A DNA stretch of 64,000 bases from Candidatus Hydrogenedentota bacterium (GTDB lineage Bacteria; Hydrogenedentota; Hydrogenedentia; Hydrogenedentales; JAEUWI01), in contig JAXMOL010000027.1 of the NCBI GenBank assembly GCA_034669905.1, positions 30,511 to 94,510 of the forward strand, in the 5' to 3' direction. Made by a program: the position numbers and the translations under genes. The notes below the pieces were generated by a model. It did not search any database, had not been told where the DNA came from, and worked only from the letters and a program-made list of their open reading frames with translations. The first letter of the stretch is position 1, and each line of letters begins with the position of its first letter. Shown one piece after another: positions 1 through 8,415 of the stretch.

Positions 1-947
1 CACCCCCCGAACAAATCGCCCTGGCTCGGCGCGGGTACCGGTGGGGTAAGTGCCGCGAGGAGTTCCTTCCGATGGAGTTCCCCATAGCGTCCGCCCAGGG
101 GTTGGGCGGCAGACTCGTTCCTTAGAAAGCCATCACGACAGGCACCGCCCCAGTAGAACACCGGCTTGCCCTGGGCGAGGGTCTGTTCCGCCGTATACAT
201 GCTGCCTCCTTTCTTACCCGGCTCGATGACACACGTGAGACGGGCGCAGGCGGTGATGCTTCGATTGCGGGTGATGGCCTGGGGCGTGGCCCACGCCGCA
301 GTAGGTAGAAATTCACTCACCAGGAGCGCCTGCCCATTTTCCACGCCAATGCGCAGGGACGGGGGGGCCTGGTAGGCGTGCAGTCCTTCCGGCAGCAGCA
401 CCACCGTGGTACCATCGGCCCGGAGCGCGGTGTTGTGGGCTTCCATGTCGATGCCCGCTGCGCCACCGCTTACCACCGTAACCCCTTCCTCCGCGAAGAG
501 TGCGGCGGCCTTCTGCGCCCAGTCTTTCCCCTCGAGGGAGGGCCTGCGGGTGCCTACAATGGCGGCGCCTGGCTCGGCCGCGAGGGATTCATTGCCCTGA
601 TAAAACAGAAAAGGGGGCGCCTGGGTGCCCAGACTTTCCTTCAAAAAAGACGGGTAGGATGCGTCCTCGCAGGTCCAGTGGCGGATGTCCCATTCGCCCG
701 CGAGTTTCAGGAGAAAGTGGGCCCGCTCCTGTTCCGCCTCGCCACAACGTGAAAGGGGCTCGGCTACCGCCTGCTCTCCCGGTGCGGTGAGGGCGAGGAG
801 CTCGGTCGTGTTTTGTCCGAAGAGGCTCTCTAAGGCGACCTCCTTTCGCTGCGCAATCTGCATGGCTGTGTGCACGGCCTTGCGCCCCGCCCCGGGCACC
901 AGGGCGAGGGCAATTAAATCGTGGATAGGAATGGGAGTGGAGGGCAT
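1..947 (-). CDS. dprA: DNA-processing protein DprA (Smf); the stop codon falls at or just beyond the window edge
   Basis: Not in the ORF track because there is no stop inside the window. Manual translation from ATG 947 gives MPSTPIPIHDLIALALVPGAGRK...YPSFLKESLGTQAPPFLFYQGNESL...AAIVGTRRPS...TVVSGGAAGIDMEAH, which are the hallmark DprA motifs. The frame is open to position 1. Confidence 0.92.
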   Translation of the reverse strand, partial: MPSTPIPIHDLIALALVPGAGRKAVHTAMQIAQRKEVALESLFGQNTTELLALTAPGEQAVAEPLSRCGEAEQERAHFLLKLAGEWDIRHWTCEDASYPSFLKESLGTQAPPFLFYQGNESLAAEPGAAIVGTRRPSLEGKDWAQKAAALFAEEGVTVVSGGAAGIDMEAHNTALRADGTTVVLLPEGLHAYQAPPSLRIGVENGQALLVSEFLPTAAWATPQAITRNRSITACARLTCVIEPGKKGGSMYTAEQTLAQGKPVFYWGGACRDGFLRNESAAQPLGGRYGELHRKELLAALTPPVPAPSQGDLFGG

Positions 948-1142
948 CGTTCGTTCCGCTTTTTGGGCCGCTTTGGGAAAGAATAGCAAATAGACGTTGT
1001 TTCATGAAGGCAGCAGGAGGGAAGTTTAGCTCACGCGGAAGATGCCCCCACAGCATGATAGACCAACACCAGTATTTCACAGCACAAGAATTGAATCCAA
1101 CCCACTCATGAAATACTATGACGATTGAGATGCGAAACTATT

Positions 1143-1215
1143 TTCCGTGTCTTTCTGTGCTTTCCGTGGTAGAAACCAACCTGATGGACCACGGAAGTCA
1201 CGGAAGGGCACGGAA
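1143..1215. repeat. Inverted repeat built from three 9-bp tandem units per arm (TTCCGTG core / CACGGAA core)
   Basis: ttccgtgtctttctgtgctttccgtggt - 17 nt - accacggaagtcacggaagggcacggaa. Confidence 0.7.
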
Positions 1216-1259
1216 GGAGAGGACAACGAACTTAGTCGTGCGGAAAAGGAGCGCGTTGC

Positions 1260-2825
1260 GTGAACCAACCTGTAGCCATTAAGCGACCGGTATTCCGTTT
1301 TTCCATGGCATCCGTGCTACTGCTGATTAGCCTGCTTCCCGTGGCCTTTCCAGTAGACGCTGCGGAGCTGCCCAACATCGTTTACATCCTCGCCGACGAT
1401 CTGGGGTATGGCGATGTAGGCTGCTACAACGCTGATTCGAAAATTCCCACGCCCCATATCGACCGGCTCGCCGCAGCAGGTATGCGCTTTACCGACGCGC
1501 ACACACCGTCGTCGGTTTGTACGCCCACGCGCTACGGTATCCTCACCGGACGCTATTGCTGGCGGACCCGGCTGACCCAGCGGGTACTGGATGGATTCGA
1601 CCCACCACTCATCGAAGTGGAGCGCCTGACGGTGCCCAAACTCCTCAAACAACAGGGCTACAACACGGCCTGCGTGGGCAAGTGGCATCTCGGCATGCAG
1701 TGGACTGATAAGAGCGGCAACCCCCTTCCCGCCGTCCCGGTGGATCGTCGCACGCCACCCCGGCCCGGGCAAGACGTCGACTATGGGGTGCCTGTTACGG
1801 GCGGTCCCCTCGACGTGGGCTTTGATGGGTATTACGGTATTTCGGCCTCCCTCAATATGTCGCCCTTTTGCTATATCGAAAACGACCGGCCGGTGCTGGC
1901 ACCGACCATCCTATCGCCCCGCATCAAGACGGAGTTTATCTCGGTGGACGAAGGCATCCGGTCGCCCGACTTCACGATTACCGGTGTCATGCCGACGCTG
2001 ACAGGGAAGGCGGTTGAATACATCGAGGCCCAGAGTCCCGACAGGCCATTCTTTCTCTACTTCCCCCTGACCGCGCCCCATCTGCCCCTGGTGCCCAACG
2101 TGGAGTTTCGCGGTACGAGTGCGGCAGGCGAGTATGGCGATTTCGTGGTGGAAGTGGATGCCACGGTCGGCGCCGTGCTGGACGCCTTGGACCGGGCGGG
2201 GCTGGCCGAGAATACCCTGGTCATTTTTACATCAGACAACGGTGGCCTCTACCACTGGTGGGAAGCCAGGGAAGCCGACGATCGGGCGAAGTACAAGGTC
2301 AGTGCCCGCGGTCAATATGTGAAAGAGCGGGGCCATCAGGGCAACGCCCACCTGCGTGGAACCAAGGCAGACATCTGGGAGGGCGGCCACCGGGTGCCCT
2401 TTATCGCCCGTTGGCCTGGACGCGTCCCGGCGGATGCCACCTCGGAGGTGCTCATCGAGTTGACCGACCTGCTCGCCACCTGCGCCGCGATCACCGGGGT
2501 CGCGCTCGCGCCCGAGCAGGGCGAGGACAGCCACAATATGCTTCCGGCCCTCCTTGCGGAAAAGCCGGAAGAGCCAGTGCGGGACTTTGCCATCCATCAT
2601 TCCCTCTGGGGGGATTTTGCCATCCGACAGGGCCCGTGGAAGATGATGCCTCAGCGGGGCTCCGGGGGCTTCAGTCGTCCGCGCACGATAGAAGTGGCCG
2701 AGGGCGAGCCCCAGGGGCAGCTCTATAACCTGGCGATAGACCCGTCGGAAAGCACAAACCTCTGGGCCGAGCACCCGGAAGTGGTCACTCGGCTGCAGGC
2801 CTTGCTGGCGACGGTCAAGAAGTAG
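1260..2825 (+). CDS. Arylsulfatase (sulfatase S1 family), secreted; the true start may be a little downstream
   Basis: PNIVYILADDLGYGD, formylglycine motif CTPTR, GKWHLG, FTSDNG and GTKADIWEGGHRVPF; hydrophobic signal peptide. Confidence 0.95.
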   Translation: MNQPVAIKRPVFRFSMASVLLLISLLPVAFPVDAAELPNIVYILADDLGYGDVGCYNADSKIPTPHIDRLAAAGMRFTDAHTPSSVCTPTRYGILTGRYCWRTRLTQRVLDGFDPPLIEVERLTVPKLLKQQGYNTACVGKWHLGMQWTDKSGNPLPAVPVDRRTPPRPGQDVDYGVPVTGGPLDVGFDGYYGISASLNMSPFCYIENDRPVLAPTILSPRIKTEFISVDEGIRSPDFTITGVMPTLTGKAVEYIEAQSPDRPFFLYFPLTAPHLPLVPNVEFRGTSAAGEYGDFVVEVDATVGAVLDALDRAGLAENTLVIFTSDNGGLYHWWEAREADDRAKYKVSARGQYVKERGHQGNAHLRGTKADIWEGGHRVPFIARWPGRVPADATSEVLIELTDLLATCAAITGVALAPEQGEDSHNMLPALLAEKPEEPVRDFAIHHSLWGDFAIRQGPWKMMPQRGSGGFSRPRTIEVAEGEPQGQLYNLAIDPSESTNLWAEHPEVVTRLQALLATVKK

Positions 2826-2899
2826 CGCCCATCCGTCAAGTCGTACCGTTTAACCAATAGGACGTCTCTGTACGCGCCGACAAGGTTTACGGGAATTTC

Positions 2900-2929
2900 T
2901 TGACTTTATTTCGGTGGCCTTTGTATTAT
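2900..2929 (+). promoter_or_regulatory. Putative sigma70 promoter
   Basis: TTGACT-N18-TATTAT upstream of an AGGAG RBS and ATG 2950. Confidence 0.4.
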
Positions 2930-2949
2930 TTCTGGACGGGGCAAGGAGA

Positions 2950-4089
2950 ATGACCATGATGGATGACATTAATAACGCCCCCAACGAAGGCACGATTGCC
3001 AAGAGTGCCCGGATTGTGTCCGTCGATGCCCTTCGCGGTTTTGACATGTTCTGGATTGTGGGGGCCGACCATTTCGCCCGTGCACTCGGAAAAATCAGCG
3101 AGTCTCCGGTCGCCCAGACCTTTGGCACCCAACTGAAGCACGTCGGGTGGGAGGGCTTCCGTTTCTACGACCTTATTTTCCCGCTCTTTGTTTTTCTGCT
3201 GGGCATGTCCACCGTATTCTCCCTGCCCAAATATGTGGAACAAAAAGGGAAGTGGGCGGCCCATGTGCGGCTCTTCCGTCGCTTCATCCTGCTCTTTCTG
3301 CTGGGCGCCTTTTACGACAGCGGCATATCCGAGATGGCGAACGAGAGTCCTTTCAGCGGTGTCTTACAGCGAATGGCCTGGTGCTATCTCTTCACGGCCC
3401 TGTGCTTCCTTAACTTCCGGCTGCGCGGGTTGATTATTATCTTCGCCGCGATTCTTGTGGGCTACTGGGCCTTGCTCAGTTTCGTGCCCCATCCCGATGT
3501 AGATGGCGTCACCTTTGAGCGTAACAAGAACATCGTGAACTGGTTTGATTCCAAGTATCTGCCCATGAAAGAAGAAGGGCAGTATTCGGATCCCGAAGGG
3601 CTCTTAAGCACGATACCCGCCGTGGCCTCGGGTCTCATCGGGCTCTTCGCCGGTCTGCTGATGGTGAATGGGCGCTTCAGCCCCTGGAAAAAGTTTGGGG
3701 TCTATCTCGGCGTCGGAATCCTGCTGGTGGCCCTGGGCTATGGGCTGGGCTATCAAACACCCATCATCAAAAAGATATGGACGTCGTCCTTTGTGCTCGT
3801 CGCGGGCGGCTACAGTTTACTTTTACTCAGCCTTTTTTATCTGGTGGTCGATATTTTCAAATTGCAGAAATGGGCCACACCCTTTATCTGGATTGGGGCC
3901 AATCCGTTGATGATCTATCTCGCCAGTGAGTTCCTCGACTTTCACAATATGGCGGAGCGCATTGTGGGTGGTCCCGTGGCGGAAAGTCTGGGAGACTATG
4001 GCGAACTGATGGTGACCACGCTCGGCATCGTATTCGTTTTCGCCTTTGCGCGCTTCCTCTATAAGAAGAAGATTTTCCTGCGGGTATAG
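2950..4089 (+). CDS. Heparan-alpha-glucosaminide N-acetyltransferase-like membrane acyltransferase (DUF5009/DUF1624 family)
   Basis: RIVSVDALRGFDMFWI, HVGWEGFRFYDLIFPLFVF, DPEGLLSTIP and PIIKKIWTSSF; multiple TM segments. Confidence 0.88.
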   Translation: MTMMDDINNAPNEGTIAKSARIVSVDALRGFDMFWIVGADHFARALGKISESPVAQTFGTQLKHVGWEGFRFYDLIFPLFVFLLGMSTVFSLPKYVEQKGKWAAHVRLFRRFILLFLLGAFYDSGISEMANESPFSGVLQRMAWCYLFTALCFLNFRLRGLIIIFAAILVGYWALLSFVPHPDVDGVTFERNKNIVNWFDSKYLPMKEEGQYSDPEGLLSTIPAVASGLIGLFAGLLMVNGRFSPWKKFGVYLGVGILLVALGYGLGYQTPIIKKIWTSSFVLVAGGYSLLLLSLFYLVVDIFKLQKWATPFIWIGANPLMIYLASEFLDFHNMAERIVGGPVAESLGDYGELMVTTLGIVFVFAFARFLYKKKIFLRV

Positions 4090-4150
4090 GGCGGGTACGT
4101 ACGTGTTTGTCGCAACACGGCGTTTGGATTCTTAAAATGTTACGTTTGCC

Positions 4151-4176
4151 AATCCCCTCTTCGGAGGGGATTTTTA
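4151..4176. terminator. Rho-independent terminator between convergent genes
   Basis: aatcccctc-ttcg-gaggggatt followed by a T tract. Confidence 0.8.
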
Positions 4177-4230
4177 TATTGCAGCCCGAACGTGCGTGGT
4201 TCTTTGAGAATGCCGACGGGCCGCGCCGTT

Positions 4231-5922
4231 TTATAGCGGTGCTACGTATCCTGCCGCCCATGCTGCGACCAGTAGAACAACCGCCACCAGGTCGCGCCGG
4301 TTGAGTGCGGTCTCGTGCCGTCGGGTCCGTGCGTAATCGAGGATGAGTCCCGTCGGGCAGCCGTACTTGCAATAGGCCTGGGGCACAAAGGCGGAGGCGA
4401 CCAATCCGACGACCGCGATGACGAGGGTGGCTATTCCGCCGACGCCGAAAATCCAGGCGTCGAAGGGTTCCAGATCCGACAGGCTGACGGGAATCCCGAG
4501 GAGCAGGACCGCGAGCCCGGCCACGACGCCGAAAAAGGGGAGGGTGAGCAGAAGGTGATGGAGGCCGCCCCGAATGCGGAGTCGCCCCGGCACCCAGCGA
4601 TAGAGCAGGGATTGGGCCGCACCGTGGGGGCACAGCTGCTGGCAGTAGACGGGTTTGCCGGTGGCCCAGGGCAGGGCAAAGGCCAGCCCGACCAGGGCGA
4701 CGAGTCCCGGGGCGCTCTTCCAGGGGATGGCGCCGGTGGCCCACCCCCCGAGCACGGACAGGGACACCATGTCGCCCACCCAGAGGCCGAGGACGAGCAC
4801 GAGGTATCCGTGGAGGGCATAGCGCACGTAGCGATTGGCCCGGTAGCGGGTGAAGGCCACGATACAGGCGAAGAGTATGGCCACGAAGGTCGCGCCATCG
4901 CGAAGACGGAGGGTCATGGGCGGCCCCGTTTTCTTTGGTACTTCCGGCGGGGCGACGAGTGCCTTCGCTTTTCGTACGACCCCTTCCATCACGGCACCGC
5001 TGGTCATGGTGGCCCCGGAAACCCCATCGCCCCAGGCGCGACTCCCGACGACCTGTGCCAGTTCGTCCACCGTCTTGCCCGCGTGGCGCTCCGTGAAGTA
5101 ATCGTCCTCCCGCACGTAGTCGGCGTAGCGCTGGCTCTCATAGGTTGCGCCCATGGTGATACCCACGACCGTTTTCTCCGGGGTGAAGCCAATCAGAGCG
5201 TCGGAGGGGCCCTGATAGCCCATGATGCCATCGGCATCGGGGGCCGTGCGCACGACGGTTCCCAGCACGGCACCGTCTTTATCACGGACGGGCTGAAAGG
5301 GATCGTCGTCGTGTCCTTCATCAATTGTGGCTGCCTCAGGGAAGAGGCGTTGTACATCCCGCAGGGCGACGGCCTCGGGAAACTTGAGGGAGGGCGCGTC
5401 GCCGCCCAGGCGGTAGGCCACCGATTGAATGATGGCCAGGCTGGTGAGGGTCGCACCCGAGACGGCGTCGATGGACGTCGCGTCATTTTCGCCGCCGAAG
5501 TGCCACCCCGAGAAGGACGCGAAGAAGTCTGGCGCCTTGTGGATGGCCTCCAGGTGTTCCTCCGTGTCGCCACTCCAGAGCAGGGTGGTGTTGGTGACGG
5601 TCCCGTCTTCGTCGAGGCCGATGAGGATATCGGAGGGGCCTGCGTAGCCGACAATGGATTTACTCATGGGGAGGGTTTTTACGGCATAACCCAGGACCGT
5701 GCCATCTTCGCCTTCTACGGTGGTGACGTCTCTTCCGGGCCGAAGGGAAAAGGCCGTGGGGAAGAGGGGGAGGGTGTCGCGGAGACGCAGTTCACTTTCA
5801 ACCGGCGTGCCGCCCCCGCCGTGAAAACGGAGGACCAGCACGAAGGTGACGAGGAGTCCGGCGCGAAAAAGGCGCACGCCCCCGTGGCGTGCGCCGTGTA
5901 TCGTGGGCCTGAAAGCGGTCAT
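4231..5922 (-). CDS. FMN-binding (two domains) plus 4Fe-4S membrane protein (NosR/NirI-like)
   Basis: Two flavinylation motifs, DAVSGATLTS and DGVSGATMTS. The C-terminal TM region carries YCQQLCPHG and YCKYGCPTG (CX3CP). Confidence 0.85.
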   Translation of the reverse strand: MTAFRPTIHGARHGGVRLFRAGLLVTFVLVLRFHGGGGTPVESELRLRDTLPLFPTAFSLRPGRDVTTVEGEDGTVLGYAVKTLPMSKSIVGYAGPSDILIGLDEDGTVTNTTLLWSGDTEEHLEAIHKAPDFFASFSGWHFGGENDATSIDAVSGATLTSLAIIQSVAYRLGGDAPSLKFPEAVALRDVQRLFPEAATIDEGHDDDPFQPVRDKDGAVLGTVVRTAPDADGIMGYQGPSDALIGFTPEKTVVGITMGATYESQRYADYVREDDYFTERHAGKTVDELAQVVGSRAWGDGVSGATMTSGAVMEGVVRKAKALVAPPEVPKKTGPPMTLRLRDGATFVAILFACIVAFTRYRANRYVRYALHGYLVLVLGLWVGDMVSLSVLGGWATGAIPWKSAPGLVALVGLAFALPWATGKPVYCQQLCPHGAAQSLLYRWVPGRLRIRGGLHHLLLTLPFFGVVAGLAVLLLGIPVSLSDLEPFDAWIFGVGGIATLVIAVVGLVASAFVPQAYCKYGCPTGLILDYARTRRHETALNRRDLVAVVLLVAAWAAGYVAPL

Positions 5923-5932
5923 GCCCGACCCG

Positions 5933-8233
5933 TTACTCTTTCACCCGAATAATCTGGACCGCGTCGGTGTGTACCGCACCGGCGACGCCATTGGTATCGA
6001 CGGTTACGATGGGTTGCTCTCCCGCGTTGAAGGAAAAGACGCCGAGGCTCTGGAAACCCATATCGCCCGTGGGAGGCTCCTGCATGTTGACGGTCACCGG
6101 CACATCGCCATCGGCACTATGGACGATGAGCACGGCGGCGGCGGCCCGGTTTTCGTGGGGCTGGTGGGCGTGTCGAATTTCATAGCGCCCGGCGGCCTCG
6201 AGGGTGGCGGAATAGATGGCCTTGGCACTCCCGCCGGCATAGACGTAGCCAAAGGCGACGAAGCCGGGAAGGCCCGTGCTGTCATGCCACTTGCCTGTTT
6301 TCTCGGCGGCCATGTCATCGATCACGATGCCCGAAAGGCTCGCGGGGTCGATGCCGGGCATGGGTCCGAGGGACGAGGCCAACTCGAGGGCATCTTCGGG
6401 AATGATGATGGCATCGGTCAGCGTGGCGCGATAGGCCTTTCCAGGAAGCTCGAGCATTTCGAGTAATTGGGGCAGGTGTTTTTCGTAGACACCCCGGGGC
6501 AACGTATCCTGTTCAATACAGATGGCGGCCGCCTTACCCACGACCTCGCCCACCATGCCGAGGGTCTGCATGACGCGCACCGTGCCGAGGGCCTCGTGGG
6601 TCACACTGATGTCGCGTCCGGCCATGAAGAGGTTGTTGATGTTACGCGAGTAGAAACAGCGGTAGGGGACCGGGTAGCCATAGAGCCGATCGACCTGGCG
6701 GTCATGCACGGCATAGGAAATGAAGGGGTTGTCGGGGAACTTCTCCGCGTATTGCTCCTTGGGATAGTGGAGATCGATGGACCAGGTGCTGGGCACGCAG
6801 CCATCGGGGAAATCGCGCTTGGCGACGATATCGTCTTCGGTCAGCACCACATCACCCATGAGCCGGCGGGATTCGCGCGGTCCGCCAATGTAGGCGATCC
6901 ATTCGAGATAGGCGTTTTGATGTTCTGCCGCGCCATCGCAATTCTTCATGGCGTTGAAGGCGCCATAGGCGGCCCGAAGATTCCAATCGCGGATACCTTC
7001 CGCATCGGAGAGCGGGTTTTTGTCGTAGCCCCCTTCCCAGAACCACTCCGCATGATTGTTGCGCGGATAGGGAAAGTCCTTCATCTCCATGTTGAGCGCC
7101 CAGGGCGTGAGCGGGAAGGCCACGGGCGTTTCCGCCTCGGCCCAGCGCCACATGTTACTCATCCCCATGCGGCCCTTCGCCGTCATCTCCCAATCGGCCC
7201 CCGCCAGGGCGCCAATGGTGCCGTGGCCGGTGGCGTCCACAAAGAGGGGCGCACGAAACACGGAGCGGGCAGACGTCTTGGTGTTGAAGGCCCAGACCCC
7301 CGCGATTTTTTCGTCGGCCATTTCCACGTCATAGGCGTGGTGGTTCAGGAAGAGATCGATATTCTTTTCCGCACGAATGATGGCTTCCTTGTGGTCATCG
7401 CCAAACTCTTCCGCACGGCCCGGTGACTTGGTGGCGCTGTCGCGGAACTCGGCGATAATCTCGCCAATGCGCGGGAACTTGCCCCGGCGGATGTTGCCCT
7501 TGGCCCACACCCGCACTTCCGAGGAGCCATTGCCCCCCAGAACACCCCGGTTCTGGATGAGAGCCACCTTGATGCCCATGCGCGCTGCCGAAAGGGCACT
7601 GCCCATACCCGCATAGCCGCCGCCAATAACGACCAGGTCATAGCCATCCCGCACCGCCGGTTCCGGCAGGCCCAGCTTTTCCTGACGCCACGTGCCCAGG
7701 ATGTCCGACGTGTTCGGCGGGACATCCGTCACATCCTGCGTGAAATAGAGGGCATCTACCCGGCCATCAAAGCCCATGGCATCCAGTATCGCCAGAGCCG
7801 TCGCCTCGGCTTTCACCGAAACCGTGCCGCCATATTCCCAATGCCATTCCGCCCCTTCATCACCAAAGATCTCCTCCAACACGTGGCCGCCCACCGCCAC
7901 GCGAAATTTGCCCGGCGTGCCCTCCGCATTCCAGCGGGCCACCCAATCCTTCGTGCGGACATAGACATGATAGTCGCCCGTCGCTGGAAAGGTCACCGTG
8001 CCCTCGGCATGGGCCACCGGCGTGCCCAGGCCATGGGCCAGCAGATAGGGCGAACCCATCTCGTGGATAAACTGGGTGTCCAGTTTCCAACCGCCATGGT
8101 CGGAAAGACTCTCCGCCTCCACCAGCAGGGAAGCCGCCTGAGACGACGGTGCCAGACCCACCGCCGCCAGAACACACAGGGACATCCACATCACACGGGA
8201 CCTGAGCCCCGAAGGGAATACAGGGGAATTCAT
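5933..8233 (-). CDS. Secreted FAD-dependent oxidoreductase (FAD_oxidored family) with a C-terminal carbohydrate-binding-like beta domain
   Basis: Signal peptide; DLVVIGGGYAG, LGGNGSSE, FVDATGHG, PRESRRLMG and VPYRCFYSRNINNLFMAGR. Confidence 0.88.
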   Translation of the reverse strand: MNSPVFPSGLRSRVMWMSLCVLAAVGLAPSSQAASLLVEAESLSDHGGWKLDTQFIHEMGSPYLLAHGLGTPVAHAEGTVTFPATGDYHVYVRTKDWVARWNAEGTPGKFRVAVGGHVLEEIFGDEGAEWHWEYGGTVSVKAEATALAILDAMGFDGRVDALYFTQDVTDVPPNTSDILGTWRQEKLGLPEPAVRDGYDLVVIGGGYAGMGSALSAARMGIKVALIQNRGVLGGNGSSEVRVWAKGNIRRGKFPRIGEIIAEFRDSATKSPGRAEEFGDDHKEAIIRAEKNIDLFLNHHAYDVEMADEKIAGVWAFNTKTSARSVFRAPLFVDATGHGTIGALAGADWEMTAKGRMGMSNMWRWAEAETPVAFPLTPWALNMEMKDFPYPRNNHAEWFWEGGYDKNPLSDAEGIRDWNLRAAYGAFNAMKNCDGAAEHQNAYLEWIAYIGGPRESRRLMGDVVLTEDDIVAKRDFPDGCVPSTWSIDLHYPKEQYAEKFPDNPFISYAVHDRQVDRLYGYPVPYRCFYSRNINNLFMAGRDISVTHEALGTVRVMQTLGMVGEVVGKAAAICIEQDTLPRGVYEKHLPQLLEMLELPGKAYRATLTDAIIIPEDALELASSLGPMPGIDPASLSGIVIDDMAAEKTGKWHDSTGLPGFVAFGYVYAGGSAKAIYSATLEAAGRYEIRHAHQPHENRAAAAVLIVHSADGDVPVTVNMQEPPTGDMGFQSLGVFSFNAGEQPIVTVDTNGVAGAVHTDAVQIIRVKE

Positions 8234-8385
8234 ACGCTCTCCTTAAACACCGCGCCCACGGGCGCGTCCGACCAGCCCCGACATCGCACCGTGCCGGGTT
8301 ACCCAGTGTAGGGGATAGGGGGAGGGGATTTCGAGTTGGCGGTGGGGGGGATGGCCTCGTTACATTGTTAACAGGTAACCAATGC

Positions 8386-8413
8386 TGGTTCATCCCCACG
8401 TGCGTGAGAATAG
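8386..8413 (-). CRISPR. Solitary, degenerate type I-E CRISPR repeat-like unit (no array)
   Basis: The minus strand reads CTATTCTCACGCACGTGGGGATGAACCA, compared with the recalled I-E style repeat GTATTCCCCACGCACGTGGGGATGAACCG. No second repeat is seen. Confidence 0.45.
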
Positions 8414-8415
8414 GG

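Noticed and set aside
122..1080. Short ORFs listed at the window start
   Set aside because: All overlap the dprA frame, which the ORF track missed because its stop is off the edge.
4315..5952. 545-aa plus-strand ORF, and similar long ORFs at 16505-17770, 21095-22549, 27933-29309, 35754-36959 and 48345-50084
   Set aside because: Each lies almost entirely antisense to a well-supported gene and reads as a shadow translation.
8300..8415. A CRISPR array
   Set aside because: Only one repeat-like unit is present, with no repeat-spacer periodicity and no cas genes.
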